Below, piece by piece: positions 37,086-50,524 of a stretch of 64,000 bases of DNA (the first letter of the stretch is position 1; each line of letters starts with the position of its first letter). The notes below the pieces were generated by a model, which saw only the letters and a program-made list of their open reading frames with translations, ran no database searches and was not told where the DNA came from. Source of the DNA: Heterodontus francisci. Its lineage: Eukaryota. Made by a program: the position numbers and the translations under genes. The stretch covers positions 54,959,522 through 55,023,521 of the forward strand of contig NC_090397.1 in assembly GCF_036365525.1 (NCBI RefSeq), in the 5' to 3' direction.

Positions 37086-38519
37086 GTAGGCAAACTATGA
37101 GTAGAGCTAAGTAGAAGTCCAGGTTAAAACAGCTGTGTGAAAAAGAGCAGAAGAGAACAGAATTGACAAGAATTCAGAACTGACTTGGAAATCTGGATTA
37201 TAAATATTAGATAGATAGGTCATAATTAGAGTAAGAAATAAAATCAACTTGATGCTTGAGAACCACAGAACATTGATGTTCCTAGAGACAGAACACCACC
37301 AGACAGTAACAATGCTCATGGCATAGTTACTGGGGCAGACCTGGTGTTTACCTAGCTGTCAACCACTGAAGCAAGTTATTGGCTTTGACGCACATCCAAC
37401 AGGCAGATAAGGCAGGGATCGTCACATATCCCTCACTTCAATGCTTCTACAGAAGAAAAGGCAAAGATGTAAAAAAGCCATTTGGTCTACTGATGCTCAT
37501 CTCGCTCTAACTTCCCTACTCTAACCTTCAGCTGAATGTTAAACACCCCTAATGTACGATTCTCTATTAACCTGCCTTATTCCCTTTGCATGAAGATCAA
37601 CCTTATGATATCTGATCTAAATTTACTTTTCAACGGTTAATTTTCATGCTCCCCAGTCCAACTCACTTGGCTTACTTTAAAAGGGAATATATTTAAGTTC
37701 ACCATTTTCAAGCAATTTAGTATTTTATAAATGTTAATTTCTCCACTTAACTGTTTCTTGCTGGGTTACGAGATTGACCTTTCCGCTTAACTCAACCCCT
37801 TACCCCGAAAATCAATCTTGTTGCTCTTCTCTGCACCATCCTATTGGCCATCCTGGAGAGTTAAAGGTTAATAATCAAACCTTCTTATATCTTAGAGCAA
37901 CTGGCTTTCCAGTATAAACAGGATAGCTTTGAAAGGAAAGCATGGCTTGTCTTCTGCTTTTAAGTGTCTGAGTGCTATATACGAGAAATACTTGTGCAAG
38001 GAAATAAGTGACTGTAATGACATTAGTCATGGGTGATTAAAGTATAACTTTAGTAGCTCGTGCAATAAACATAGGTGGAGGAATCCATTAACCATTGTAT
38101 AGAAGGGTCACAGTTACAGGTCAGAGCCTATTCTTCAAATGGTTTAAGAACAGTTCAGTCGGAAAGTCTTGTTTAAGTGAAGTAGCTTTAGAGCAAACAA
38201 CTTCAACTGTTTACACGAATAGATTGTCTTCAAAGGATCTGGGAATAGATACGTCATGAGGTCTTATCTGTAACATATATCTTTGATAAAGGCAAAATAT
38301 GATGTATAAAGGGTCAAGGCTTTCAACAGATCTTCAGAGAGCTCTGAAGATACAGAAACCAAAAAGCTGCTCTCTCCCTGTATACCATTTAGCCGATCAG
38401 CTGAGTTGTACATGAACAAAGTCTGTTCTGTATACTCCACAGCAAGCGTCTCGTGTCTACTTGAAACATGTTGAGCCACAGGAGGAAGGAGGTTGAAGGT
38501 CAACACCTCCCCAATCCCT

Positions 38520-38790
38520 TTTTAAAATTCATTCCCAGGATATGGGCATTGCTAGCAAGGCTATCTTTTTTTGCCCATCCCTAGTTTTCCTTGAGAAGGT
38601 GGGCGTTCTTGTTCAACCACTGCAGTTGGATGGTGAAGGGGCTCTCTCAATGCTGTTAGGGAGTTCCAGGATTTTGACTCAACGATGATGAAGGCTCAGA
38701 GATATATGTCCAAGTCAGGATGGTGTGTGACTTGGAGGGGAGGTTGGAGGTGCTCCCATGAATCTGCAGCACTTGTTCCTCCAGGTGGTG
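38520..38790 (-). mobile_element. 3' end of the CR1/L2-type LINE family
   Basis: Reverse complement of 46560-46820 (ccaagtcaggatggtgtgtgacttggagggg). Confidence 0.8.
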
Positions 38791-40487
38791 TAGTGTGTCC
38801 AAGTTATTTAAGAGGAAGCTGAGTAGCAACATTTAAATCTTAAGTTTTTAAACAGTAGGCATTCAAGTTTCTGGATTTTGCAAGGTAGGGGTAGGTTTAT
38901 GTGAACACAAAAATGTATGTATTTTGTTATTGCTATTGTGATTTATACTCCAGCATTACTCAAAACAAACCCTTTCACACTGTTAGCTAACTGCATAATT
39001 AATTCGATATATCAAAAATTCCATTAAGCAATTCCCTTTCTTTGCTCAATGAATTATTTGTCAAAGCGTGAATCTGTAACATTGCATTTTTAATTTGAGA
39101 CAAATTAATGCTGTATTCTTCACGACATGGCAAATTACAAGCCATTATATATTCATTAAAAACTGTTGTCCCTTTGTGGATTAAAATGCATTATCCTTTC
39201 TTCGTCTAATATCAAAATTAGAGCACGGGAAAAAGTAAATAAAAAACTGCAACCTTCATAAACATTTCACACTCAGATTAATGGATCTAGTTTGAAAACT
39301 CTAATAGTTCTGTTTCGCATTATGAAAACCGTATAGAGTGAGCTGAGGCCCTATTGTATCAATGGGGATGCGAAGGTCCCTCCTCAACCTTTGGACACGA
39401 ATTGCTACCAAATGCAGGTGACTTTATTTGACCCCTTAAGATGAAGAATTTGACAACTCAATACTAGAGTGTGGCAGAAGGTCGGTTCAGACCAGAAAGG
39501 GACTTCCAAATTTCATCAGTGCCTCTGGAGTGGGATGCGAAGGGGAGAGATATACCATAACTTGGAAGTACATCACTTATCCCATACAGTGAAATGGGGT
39601 GCAGTGGGGTGGTGAGTGCTGCTTTAGAAATTGTAAGGGTCGTTCCAGATTGTGTTAGCTGATCTTGGTCAGACCCACTGAGTTCATATTAATAAGACAG
39701 CAAGAAAATAGAGAAAGAAACAGAGAGACTGCGAGGCAGAATGAGAGGTGCATAGTGAAGATCACAGTGGTGAAGTGCACCTTCAGCACGCAAGCTAAAG
39801 GCTTCATTTCCAGCCTGGCCCTTCTTTTATTTTTGAACAGTGTCACTAATTGGAAGTGAAGTTGTACATTATATCAGCAGCAACAACAATGTAGTGATGG
39901 AACAATACACAAAATACAAACACAGTCACAAATGATATATACACAAAACACATGCTTTTCATTATTTGAGTTATTCGGATTTAACAGGGCGAGGGGCCAT
40001 TTACTCAAAAGGGACAGTCTGTAGTATGGAGTGGACCTGTTTTACAACTCTTTCTTTGGGAGTTACATCAAAGTAATTTTTCTGGGGAGGACTATTTGAA
40101 CATTGATATGCGAATCTCTAAATCCTATGGTATGAAATTTCTGGTTTCTTGAAATAAATTAGCAACTCTGCTAAACAGAGGCTAAAGGAGGGTAGCAGAA
40201 AAATTGCTAATAAAATGAAATGTATTTGTGCCTTATAAAAGCAATTTAGTGTTATTCTCCGTTGAACATTTGTAAACAAAATATTCATCGAATATTTTAA
40301 CTACTTTGTCTTCTGGGGTTCTCCAGCAGTTGTAATTTTGAGTTCTTTTTTCTATCCTAACTACACAGTTCCTGTAATATTGGGAAATGTGCTCAACACC
40401 GTTAACTATAGTAATTTTTCAGGCCTTTTCTCAGCTTTATTATTTAACCTGCTTTATTAAATTCCTATGATATTCCCCTTTCCCTTT

Positions 40488-40709
40488 TCAGCCTTGGCTC
40501 AGTTGGTAGCACTCAAGTGCCACATAATCTAGCTTGACATTTCTGTGCAGTACTGAGCAACTGCTGCATTTTGAGAGGTACTGTCCTTTGGATGAGACAT
40601 TAAACTGAAGCCTGGTGAGGTGGGGGTTATAGATTCCATGGAACCATTCAAAAAGGACAGGAGATCTCCAAGTGACCTGGCCAATGTTTCTTCCTCAAGC
40701 AACACCACC
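40488..40709 (+). mobile_element. Deu-type SINE 5' part, interrupted by an LTR
   Basis: tcagccttggctcagttggtagcactc..ggatgagacattaaac..ctggccaat. Confidence 0.7.
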
Positions 40710-41568
40710 TGTCATGAGGACCCCCACCTGACAAGAATGAGGCACATTAATTTTGTCATCTGAACATTAATTTTTAAATTGTTGCTGGAGTGAAAAAAGG
40801 ACTTGTTTTACAAGAGAGCACAAGACACTCGGCTGGAAGGACATTTGCTTGGAGAGACGAAGAACTACTCCCTGGTCCAATTAACCCAAATAGATTTTGA
40901 TCACCAGACATTGAAGGTGTAAGTAAGCTCGCATTCCAGGGTCTGCTGAGATGATAGAATCCACAAACGTAGAAGTGGTTAAACCAGCTGGTCACATGAC
41001 TAACCGGCTAGTCCAGGCTTTTTGAATTAGACACAGGACAGTTTTGAAGACACAGACTGCAGAGTGTAACTGAACCTGGAACAAGACAGCCTCTCTCCCG
41101 CTTTCTCACAAGCCTCTGGACCCAATGAAGACATGTAAACCTCAAGAGAGAAAAGACTCCTAACACTGAAATAAGTTAAAGTGTGCACTGGGCCCCAACG
41201 AACAGAGACGCTTTCTGGAAACCAAAGATTCAACATCAAACTCAAAGGACAGTAACTACCAGATATTGCCTCAAACCTTTCCCCTTTATTCCTTCTACTT
41301 TTTCCTGTCTCTATCTGCGTGTGTGTTTATCAAATATGCATGCTAGCGTGGTCGCGTTGCATATTCGTAGTCGTTAACCGAATTAGAGTTTAAGATTAAT
41401 AAACGTCTACCTTTCTTATTTAAATCTAAGAAAATCTGTCTGATTTCTTTGCCTTACAATTGGAAGGCAGTGAATAAAGATTCACCGAGGGGGCGCTAAA
41501 AACACGGTGTTTTAAAATTAAACCCTGTTAAACCAGGCAAAGGCTGAGAGGGAACCCCTAGACCCCTT
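40710..41568 (+). mobile_element. LTR-like element (solo LTR) with its 3' end lost
   Basis: Starts TGTCATGAGG exactly where the SINE is interrupted. AATAAA at about 41398 and 41474. No terminal CA or TSD found. Confidence 0.6.
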
Positions 41569-41579
41569 AAATGATTGCG

Positions 41580-44560
41580 AGACTACCAGATTGTCACTAG
41601 TGTGCTTCAGGGAAGGAAATCTGCAGTCCTGACTTGGTCTGGCCTACATGTGGCTCCAGATCCACAGCAATGTGGTTGACTCTTAATGGCCCTCTGAAAT
41701 GTCAGTCAGCTGTATCAAATCGCCACAGAAAGGTTAAAGAGGAATAAAACTGGATGAACTACCGGCACCAATCTAGGCATGGGAAATGACAAAGGCACAC
41801 CCAGTCCAGTCAACCCTGCAAAGTTCTCCTCACTACCATCTGGGAATACTTGTCAAAATTAGGAGAGCAACAGCCTGACATAGTCTGACTCAATCGGTCA
41901 TACCTTCGAGCCAATCAGGATAGACTCACCAGAGGTGGTGGCACAGTGGTATACAGTCAGAAGGAAATGGCCCTGAGAGTCCTCAACATTGACTCTGGAC
42001 CTCATGAAGTCAGTGGCATCAGGTCAAACATGGGCAAGAAAACCTCCAGTCGATTACCACCTACTGCCCTCCCTCAGCTGATGAATCAGTACTCCTCCAT
42101 GTTAAACACTATGGGAGGATAGCAAGGGCACAGAATGCACTCTAGGTGGGAGACTTCAAAGTCCATGACCAAGTGTGGCTCTGTAGCACCACTAGTGGCC
42201 TAGCTCTGAAGGGTTGAAGGACATAGTTGCCAGATTGGGCCTGTGGCAAATGGTAAGAGAACCAACAAGAGGAAAAAACTTACTTGACCTCACCCTCACC
42301 AATCTACCTGTCACAGATGCATCTGTCCATGACAGTACTGGCAGGAGTGACCACCACACAGTCCTTGTGGAGACGAAGACCCATCTGAGAACAAACTCCA
42401 TCATGTTGTGTGGCAGTACCGCCATGCTATAAGGAATAGATTCAGAACAGATCCAACAGTTCAAACCTAGGCATCCATGAGGCACTGTGGACCATCAGCA
42501 GCAGCAGAACTGTATTCAACCATGATCTGTAACCTCATGGCCTGGCATATGCCTCAGTATAGCATTACCATCAAACAGGGGACCAAACATGCTTCAATGA
42601 GGATTGCAGTAGAGCATGCCAGGAACAGCACCAGGCATAGCTAAAAATGAGGTGCCAATGCGGTGAAGCTGCAACACAGGACAATGTGCACGCTACACAC
42701 CAGAAGCAGCATGCTATAGGCAGAGCTAAGAAAGCCCACAAGCTACGGATAAGGTCATAGCTCTATAGTCCTGCCACATCAGTCATGAATGGACAATTAA
42801 ATAACTAACCAAAGGAGGAGGCTCCTCAAACATCCCCATCCTTAATCAGGGCAGAGCCCAGCATGTCAGTGCAAAAGACAAGCAAAACATTTGCAATCAC
42901 CTTCAGCCAGAAGTGTCGAGTGGCTAATCTATCTTGGCCTCCTCCTGAGGTACCCAGCATCACAGATGCCAGTCCTCAGCCAATCTAATTCATTCCATGT
43001 GATATTTAGAAATGGGTGAAAGCACTGCAGACAGCAAAAGCTATGGGCCCTGACAACATCCGGGCTATAGTACTGACGGCTTGTGCTCCAGAACTAGCCA
43101 TGCCACTAGTCAAGTTTTTCCAGTAAAACTACAATACTGGCATCTACCCGACAATCTGAAAAATTGCCCCAGTATGTCCTCTGCCCACAAAAAGCTGGAC
43201 AAATCTAATCCGGTCAACTTCAGTCCATACTCTTAATCATTAGCAAAGTGATGGAAGATGTCATTGAAAGTGCTATCAAGCAGCACTTACTCATCAAAAA
43301 TCTGCTCACCGATGCTCAGTTTGGGTTCCATCAGGATCACTCAGCTCCAGACCTTGGTCCAAACAGGGCTAAAAGAGCTGAACTCCAGAGGTGAGGTGAG
43401 AATGACCGCCCTTGATATCAATGCAGGATTTGACCGAGAGTGGCATCAAGGAACCCTAGCAAAATTGATCTCAATGGGAATCAGGGCAAAACTCTTCATT
43501 GGTTGGAGTCATTACTAGCAGAAAGGAAGATGGCTGCAGTTGTTGGAGGCCAATCATCTCAGCCCCTGGACATCACTGCAGGAGTTCCTCTGGGTAGTGT
43601 CCGAGCCCCAACCATTTTCAGCTGCTTCATCAATGCCCACCACCCCCACGCCGCAACATAACGTTCGAAATGGGGATATTCGTTGATGATTGCACATTGT
43701 ACAGTACCATTTGCAACTCTTCAGACACTGAAGCAGTCTGTGTTCATATGCAGCGAGACCTGGACAACATTCAGGCTTGGATTGATAAGTGGCAACTAAC
43801 ATTTGTGTCACACAAGTGCCAGGCAATGATCATCTCCAACAAGAGAGAATCTAACTCTCTACCCTTGATATTCAACAGCATTACCATTGCCGAATCCCTC
43901 TCCATCAACATTGAGAGTCAACATTGACCAGAAACTTAATTGGTGCAGCCATATGACTACACGAGCAGATCAAAGGCTATGAATTCTGCAGCGAGTAACT
44001 CATCGCCTGACTCCCCTAAGCCTGTCCACCATCCACAAGGCACAAGTCAGGTGTGTGATGGAATACATTCCACTTGCCTGATGAGTACAGCTCGAACAAC
44101 ACTCAAGAAAGTCGACACCTTCCAGGACAAAGTAGCCTGCTTGATCAACACCCCAGCCATCATCTTAAACATTCACTCCCTCCACCACCAGTGCAGTGGC
44201 AGCAGCATGTACCATCTAAAAGGTGCACTACGGCAACTCGCTAAGACTCCTTCAACAGCATCTTCCAAAGCAGTGACCTATACCACCGAGAACAACAAGA
44301 ACAGTGGGCGCATGGGAACACCACCACCTGCAAGTTCCCCTCTAAGCCATTCACTATCCTGACTTGGGACTGTATCGATGTTCCTTCACTGTCGCTGGGT
44401 CAAAATCCTGGGACTCCCTTCCTAATAGCACTGTATACCTATGCCTGCCGTATGCAGTGGTTCAAGAATGCGGCTCAACACCACCTTCTCAAGGGCAATT
44501 AGGGGTGAGCAGTAAATGCTGGCCTTGCCAGCGATGCTCAAATACCATGAATGAATAAAA
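41580..44560 (+). mobile_element. Near full-length but decayed CR1/L2-type LINE
   Basis: EN remnants (QMVREPTRGKNLLDLTLTNLP..SDHHTV) and RT remnants (ALDINAGFDREWH, GVPLGSV.APTIFSCFIN, FVDDCT). Tail ggccttgccagcgatg..(ATGA)n. Confidence 0.9.
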
Positions 44561-44664
44561 ACAGAATCTTTAGGGATGTGATAAAATACTACATGAACAC
44601 AAGTAGGTTTTTTTTGCTATAATCTTTGCACATTTTGTAAAACTGAAATGCTTGAGACACAGCA

Positions 44665-45370
44665 GGCAGAATTTTCGCCCCAATATGGGCAAGAGAATGG
44701 AGGCAGGCAGGCACGTAATTTCATGCCGTGGCCGCCGTGCCAGTTTGCAGGCACCATCCTGCCCGAGCCATTTGGGGGAAGGTGAAATCAGGGGTGGAAT
44801 GGCTGCCTGTCCGCAAACAGCCGGTAGCTGGTTAAAGTAATTAACTGGCCAATTAAGGCCATGGATCAGAGGTGGACTGGAATTTTCCAGTCAGTCTGTG
44901 GGCCCCCTGTAGTGTCGGGTGCACAGCAGCTGCCTACAGCAGACTGGGGGGTGGGGGAGCAGCACTCCAGGAAGCCTTGGAGGTCCCATCCCAGCTATCT
45001 GTTTACAGTTGTGGCCACAGGCTGCCCTGTGGAGAGACTTTGCCTCCACAAGGTGGCCCTGCAACTGTGGCCATTTTATTACTCAAAAGTTTTACAAGTG
45101 TTGGGAGGGCATGTCAAGATGGAGGCACCCTCTCTTTCTCTCCCTGACTTGCAATGACGGGCTGCAGCTCCTTCCATGCTGGAGGTCCCCCTACTGGCCA
45201 TCCAGCTTCGAGAGCCCATTCACCATCCTTAATTGGATGGCAAACAGGCCTTCTGGCCACTAATTGGTCAATTCAGGCAAAATCGAGGTCAGGTGCCTGC
45301 TCCTGACACAATGCGGGGTAGGGTCCCCGATTTGACCCCGAGGGCCTGACCCAAAATGTATAATCTTACC
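44665..45370. mobile_element. Putative MITE, related to 28622-29669
   Basis: Starts GGCAGAATTTT, contains ggccaattaaggcc and ccttaattgg motifs, and is a GC-rich island in AT-rich flanks. Confidence 0.45.
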
Positions 45371-45669
45371 AGTGTTGGTGGATCATAGAAACATAGTAAT
45401 TGCCTGTCTGAAAGATCACAGTCCATCTAGTTTGCTTTTTACCATCCTGGTAATTGCCTGATAGAATGATAATGGAATTGTTGACGAATCGTAGCCAATA
45501 CGAAATTGAGGCATACTTCAGACTGCTCCCCAGAGGATCCATTACTTCCACATAACTTGTAGAAACTAGGTCCAGAAGTGAATTGACAGGTCTTTGGTAC
45601 TTTGCACTAGATTCTGTTGTCTCATTTCAAGTATCACAATGAGCTGAAACTGATATTACAACATTGCAC

Positions 45670-46827
45670 AGTGACTGTCCTTGACATCAAGGCAGCATTT
45701 GACCAAGTATGGCATCAAGGAGCCCGAGCAAAACTGGAGTCAATGGGAATCAGGGGGAAAACTCCCCGTTGGTTGGAGCCATACCTAGAGCAAAGGAAGA
45801 TGGTTGTGGTCACTGGAGGTCAATCATCTGAGCTCCAGGACATCATTGCAGGAGTTCCTCAGGGTAGTGTCCTAGGCCCAACCATCTTCAGCTGCTTCAT
45901 CAATGACCTTCCTTCAATCATAAGGTCAAAAGTAGGGATGTTCGCTGATGATTGCACAAATGTTCAACACCGTTCGCGACTCCTCGAATACTGAAGCAGT
46001 CTGTGTAGGAATGCAGCAAGAACTGTACAATATCTAGGTTTGGGCTGATAAGTGGCAAGTTACATGGACGCCACACAAGTGCCAGGCAATGGACCATCTC
46101 CAACAAGAGAGAATCTAACCAACTCCCCTTGACATTCAATGGCATTACCATCGCTGAATCCCCCACTATCAACATCCTAGGGGTTACCATTGACCAGAAA
46201 CTGAACTGGAGTATCCATACAAATACTGCGGCTACAAGAGCAGGTCAGAGGCTAGGAATCCTGCGGAATGTAACTCACCTCCTGACTCCCCAAAGCCTGT
46301 CCGCCATCTACAAGGCACAAGTCAGGAGTGTGATGGAATACTCTCCAATTGCCTGGATGGGTGCAGCTCCAACAACACTCAAGAAGCTCATCACCATCCG
46401 CTTGAATGGCACCCCATCCACAAACATTCACTCCCTCCACCACCGATGCATAGTAGCAACAGTGTGTACCGTTTACAAGATGTACTGCAGCAACAGACCA
46501 AGGTTCCTTAGCTAGCACCTTCCAAACCCGCAACCTCTACCAACTAGAAGGAAAAGGGCAGCAAATGTATGGGAACACCACCACTTGCAAGTTCCCCTCC
46601 AAGTCACACACCATCCTGACTTGGAACTATAACGCCATTCCTTCACTGTTGTTGGGTCAAAATCCTGGAACTCCCTTCTTAACAGCACTGTGGGTGTATC
46701 TACCTCATATGGACTGCAGGCGTTCAAGGAGGCAGCTCACCACCACCTTCTCAAGGACAATTAGGGATGGGCAATAAATCTGGCCTAGCTGGTGGCACCC
46801 ACATCCCATGAATGAATATAAAAAAAA
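45670..46827 (+). mobile_element. 5'-truncated copy of the same CR1/L2-type LINE
   Basis: LDIKAAFDQVWH, GVPQGSVLGPTIFSCFINDLP, MFADD and YKAQVRSVMEYS. Tail catcccatgaatgaat plus an A-run. Confidence 0.93.
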
Positions 46828-47074
46828 TTGTCTTCACGTATTATCTCAATGACATCATCTATATCCTGCATAGAACTTTATAACAGATCTCTATTGTTAA
46901 CTCAAACCTGACTACATCATTTGTTTCGATCCACGGATATGAAACAAACTTACTTAATTTCCAAATTAACTTGATCATGCTTGCTATGCTTCTCACCCCA
47001 CCTATTCTATCCTTCCTCGACACATTGCATTCATTCTCGTATTTTGGGCTGACCCATATCAGAAATTTACTCCT

Positions 47075-48020
47075 CCTTTTCTTGATCGATGTTAATGACT
47101 TAGACTTGGATGTGCAGGGCACAATTTTAAAACTTGCAGATGACACAAAACTTGGAAGTATAATGAAATGTGTGGTGATTAGTGATCGATTTCAAGAGGA
47201 CATAAACAGGTTGGTGGAATGGGCAGACAAGGGTAGATGCAATTTAACACTGAGAAGTATGAAGTGATACATTTTGGTAGGAAGAACGAAGAGATGCAAT
47301 ATAAACTAAGGGATATGATTCTAAAGGGGGTGCAGGAACAGAGAAACCTGAGGGTATACGTGCACAAATCGTTGAAGGTGGCAGGGTAGGTTGAGAATAA
47401 GATTAAAAAGGCATATGTGATCCTGGGGTTTATAAATAGAGGCAGAGTACAAAAGCAAGGAAGTTATGATTAACATTTATAAAACATTGGCTCAGCCTCT
47501 ACTGGAAGGCACCACACTTTCGGAAGGATGTGAAGGCATTGGAAAGGATGCAGAAAAGATTTAGGAGAATGGTTTCAGGGATAAGGGACTTCAGTTATGT
47601 GGGCAGACTGGAGAAACTTGGGTTGTCCTCTTTAGAGGAGAGGAGATTTGATAGAAGTGTTCAAAATCATGTGGGATCTAGACAGAATAAACGGAAAGAA
47701 CTGTTCCCATTAGCAGAAGCGGCGAGAACCAGAGGACACAGACTTAAAGTGATTGGCAAAAGAACCAAAGGCGATATGAGGAAAATCTTTTTTACACAGT
47801 GAGTGTTTACCATCTGGAATGCACTGCCTGAAAGGGCATTGGAGGCAGATTCAAATGTGGCTTTCAAAAGGGAATTAGATCAGCACCTGAAGAGACAAGA
47901 TTTATAGGGGTACAGGGAAAGGGCTGGAGAGTGGGACTAGCTAAATTGCTCTTGTAGAGAGTTGGCACAGACCCGATGGGCCAAATAGTCTCCTTCCATG
48001 TTGTAACTGTTCTATGATAC
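47075..48020 (+). mobile_element. CR1 RT/3' fragment
   Basis: NDLDLDVQGTILKLADDTKLG and KALERMQKRFRRMV, followed by a CR1 tail. Confidence 0.9.
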
Positions 48021-48039
48021 TCTTGAAGACTGACTCCTT

Positions 48040-48190
48040 GCTGAGGTACAGTTCCATGAACGAGGTCAATCTCCTGTACCTCAGCTGATTCGATGCTGCT
48101 CCTTTTCCTGTACCTCAGTTGCATCAATGCTGGTCCTTCTCCTGTTTCTCAAGCTCCATAGATGCTGGTCATTCTCCTGTACCTCTGCTC
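48040..48190. repeat. Degenerate tandem repeat of about 35 bp (3-4 units) with one inverted unit core
   Basis: CCTGTACCTC-like cores at about 48073, 48107, 48141 and 48176. Inverted GCTGAGGTACAG at 48040-48051. Confidence 0.7.
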
Positions 48191-50524
48191 AAGTAGCCTT
48201 GATTCATGTACATGTCTTAACACTTTTTTATCCCCAAGAACTGGGGTGGGATGTCTCCATTTTAGTCAAGTCTAATCCTGACTTCACCCATCTCCACATA
48301 ACTTCGAGCTGGAGTATGTGGACAAGTACCAGGAATGAGTTCCTGGCTGATGGTTACATCTTCAACCCATGGCTACAGAGATACTGCCCTAGCTGAGGTC
48401 AGTACAGACCAGAGAGCAAACTGGAGTCCTTCTTTGTATTACCAGCTACTTTTTGGATAAACTTGCTGTGTCATTAAGAAAGCTTTATGCTTTGTTTCTG
48501 TAATCCTAATATATAATGCCTTGCTGCTATAAATGCCTCTGACACAAATATCTTAGTCCCAATGTTCCTACATTTGGTATATAGGCACTTAACAATTTAA
48601 AAACTAAAGATGACAATTCAGATTCTGTTTACTTTGCCTGTATATACTGTACCTTATAATTCTCTCTCATCCTACCTACTCTCCAAGTTTTGCTCATCTA
48701 TAATTAGTCATTACCCCATTACATTGGTATCTAGTTAAATGAACCTTCCCCTACATTAATAGTTGATCTCTCTGATTGTGCCTTGTTTACATGTAGCCCA
48801 TTTCTTGCATGCAAATCCAATGTACCCTCTGAACAATTCCAGTTATTTATAAACTCACCAGAATTTGACTCACGCCAATTGGCTGGCTGTTAATTTACTT
48901 TCACAGCTCTATTCATGAACTCTCTTCCTTTTCCAGAGACCAGTCATAGCTCAACTTTACAGAATATCTCCTTTAGCTTCCTGGCAAAATGCATAAATCT
49001 ATCTTGGAACACTCCTTGCCTGGTTCATGTATCCCAAAATGGGCTTCAAACACTGGCTCCGCACCTATATTTTGTATCAGTTCAGTCACTATCTCAAGAT
49101 CCACAATCTGAATGCTTTGTGATTAATCACAGTCCAATTAACTATTATGACAAAAATAACAGTCCAATTACACCTCTGAGCCAGCTGCTGCTACAATGTC
49201 TATTTCTCACCACAATTTTATCCTCTGTTACATCAAGTTCCAACTCTTCCTGAGTGGCACTCTCAATACTATCTGAAACTCATTTCACGATTAGTTGCTG
49301 TACTACTCAATTGCTGTTCTCACCTTTGGAAAGCTGTCAGTAAAAATGTGCTCATATGAAAAAGATGCTATATAAATGCTAGTTGTTGCAAGCTTTTCCT
49401 GAATACAACCTAATCCTTTCATCCTCGGACAGCCTCCTTCTCCACTGCCTCTTCTCTTACATGTTCTGCATTCACCTCTTCCAGTTTGTCTCCACATTCA
49501 ACTGTCTTCATACTGAGCATAACACCCTGTCACTTTGCACTGTGAACCTTTCAAACTCACAGAGTTCATAAGTACATAGACCTTCCTCTCCAAATCCACT
49601 TTTCTCTCCTTCCGTTTCTTAATCACCAAACGATGTTCGTGACAACAGCCCTGTCTGATCTCCTCAGATCGGATGAGTGTACTAGTCACAGTACACACAG
49701 ACCATTGTTTTCATTTCAGCTTCCATTTCCTGGAGCAGCTGAGGCCCAGGCCTAAATGCATTTACAAACTTTTCTCAACTGTAAAATACTATCCAAACAT
49801 CAAATTCCTTTCCTTTAAAGGGGAAGGGAAGTTGAGGAGAGAGTATTCTTTAATTCAGTTAAAATTATTTAACTGACCTTATATGACATGTTTCTTTTGT
49901 TGAAAACATCAACTTTTTTTTTGTTGGGACAGAAATATTTCAGTAAAGATCTCCCTCCCTGTCAGCAGCAATACTGCAGTTTGTGCCTTTCTGTAAAATA
50001 ACTGGCTCACCATGTCTGTTGTGGGGAAGGGAAAAATAACAGGAGCTGGAATGGAATCTCTTCTTGGACATCTGCAAATACAGCAAAATCAAATCCACAT
50101 GGCAGTTTTGCAGCAGAATGCTAAACCTTCCCCAGTTGGAGATTCAAATCTTAATCTTATGGTGCTCTTGTATTGATCCTGGGGTACTGGAAAGTCACTA
50201 ACCCAGTATTTAATTTGGAGTGGGTCACCAAACCCCTATGGGTCTTATTAGAAAGCTATCCCAGAGCTCCAGGATCAATACAAAAGAATAGGATATGCTC
50301 CTCCAATTTGGAAGGGTTTAGGGGTGCGGAGGTTGGGGGGTGGGCACAGGGTGGTCTAGCATTCTGCTGCAAAGGTGCAGAGAGATTTTATTTCGCTGTA
50401 TTTGCAGGAGGAGATTCCATTCACAGAATGTGCACCCATATTTCTCTCCAACTGAAGAAAAGTCATCTAGTGCTAGTGGATTTATCTCCTTTATATTACT
50501 GGGTAGGACTGGAGAAAGATAGAC

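Noticed and set aside
38330-38351. Near-perfect palindrome ATCTTCAGAG-AG-CTCTGAAGAT
   Set aside because: Isolated 10-bp stem with no supporting context.
39655-39846. KVHFT peptide on the minus strand resembling the upstream SND1 exon (LSKVHFTAERS)
   Set aside because: Only five residues match, the flanks are unrelated, and there is no fitting exon structure.
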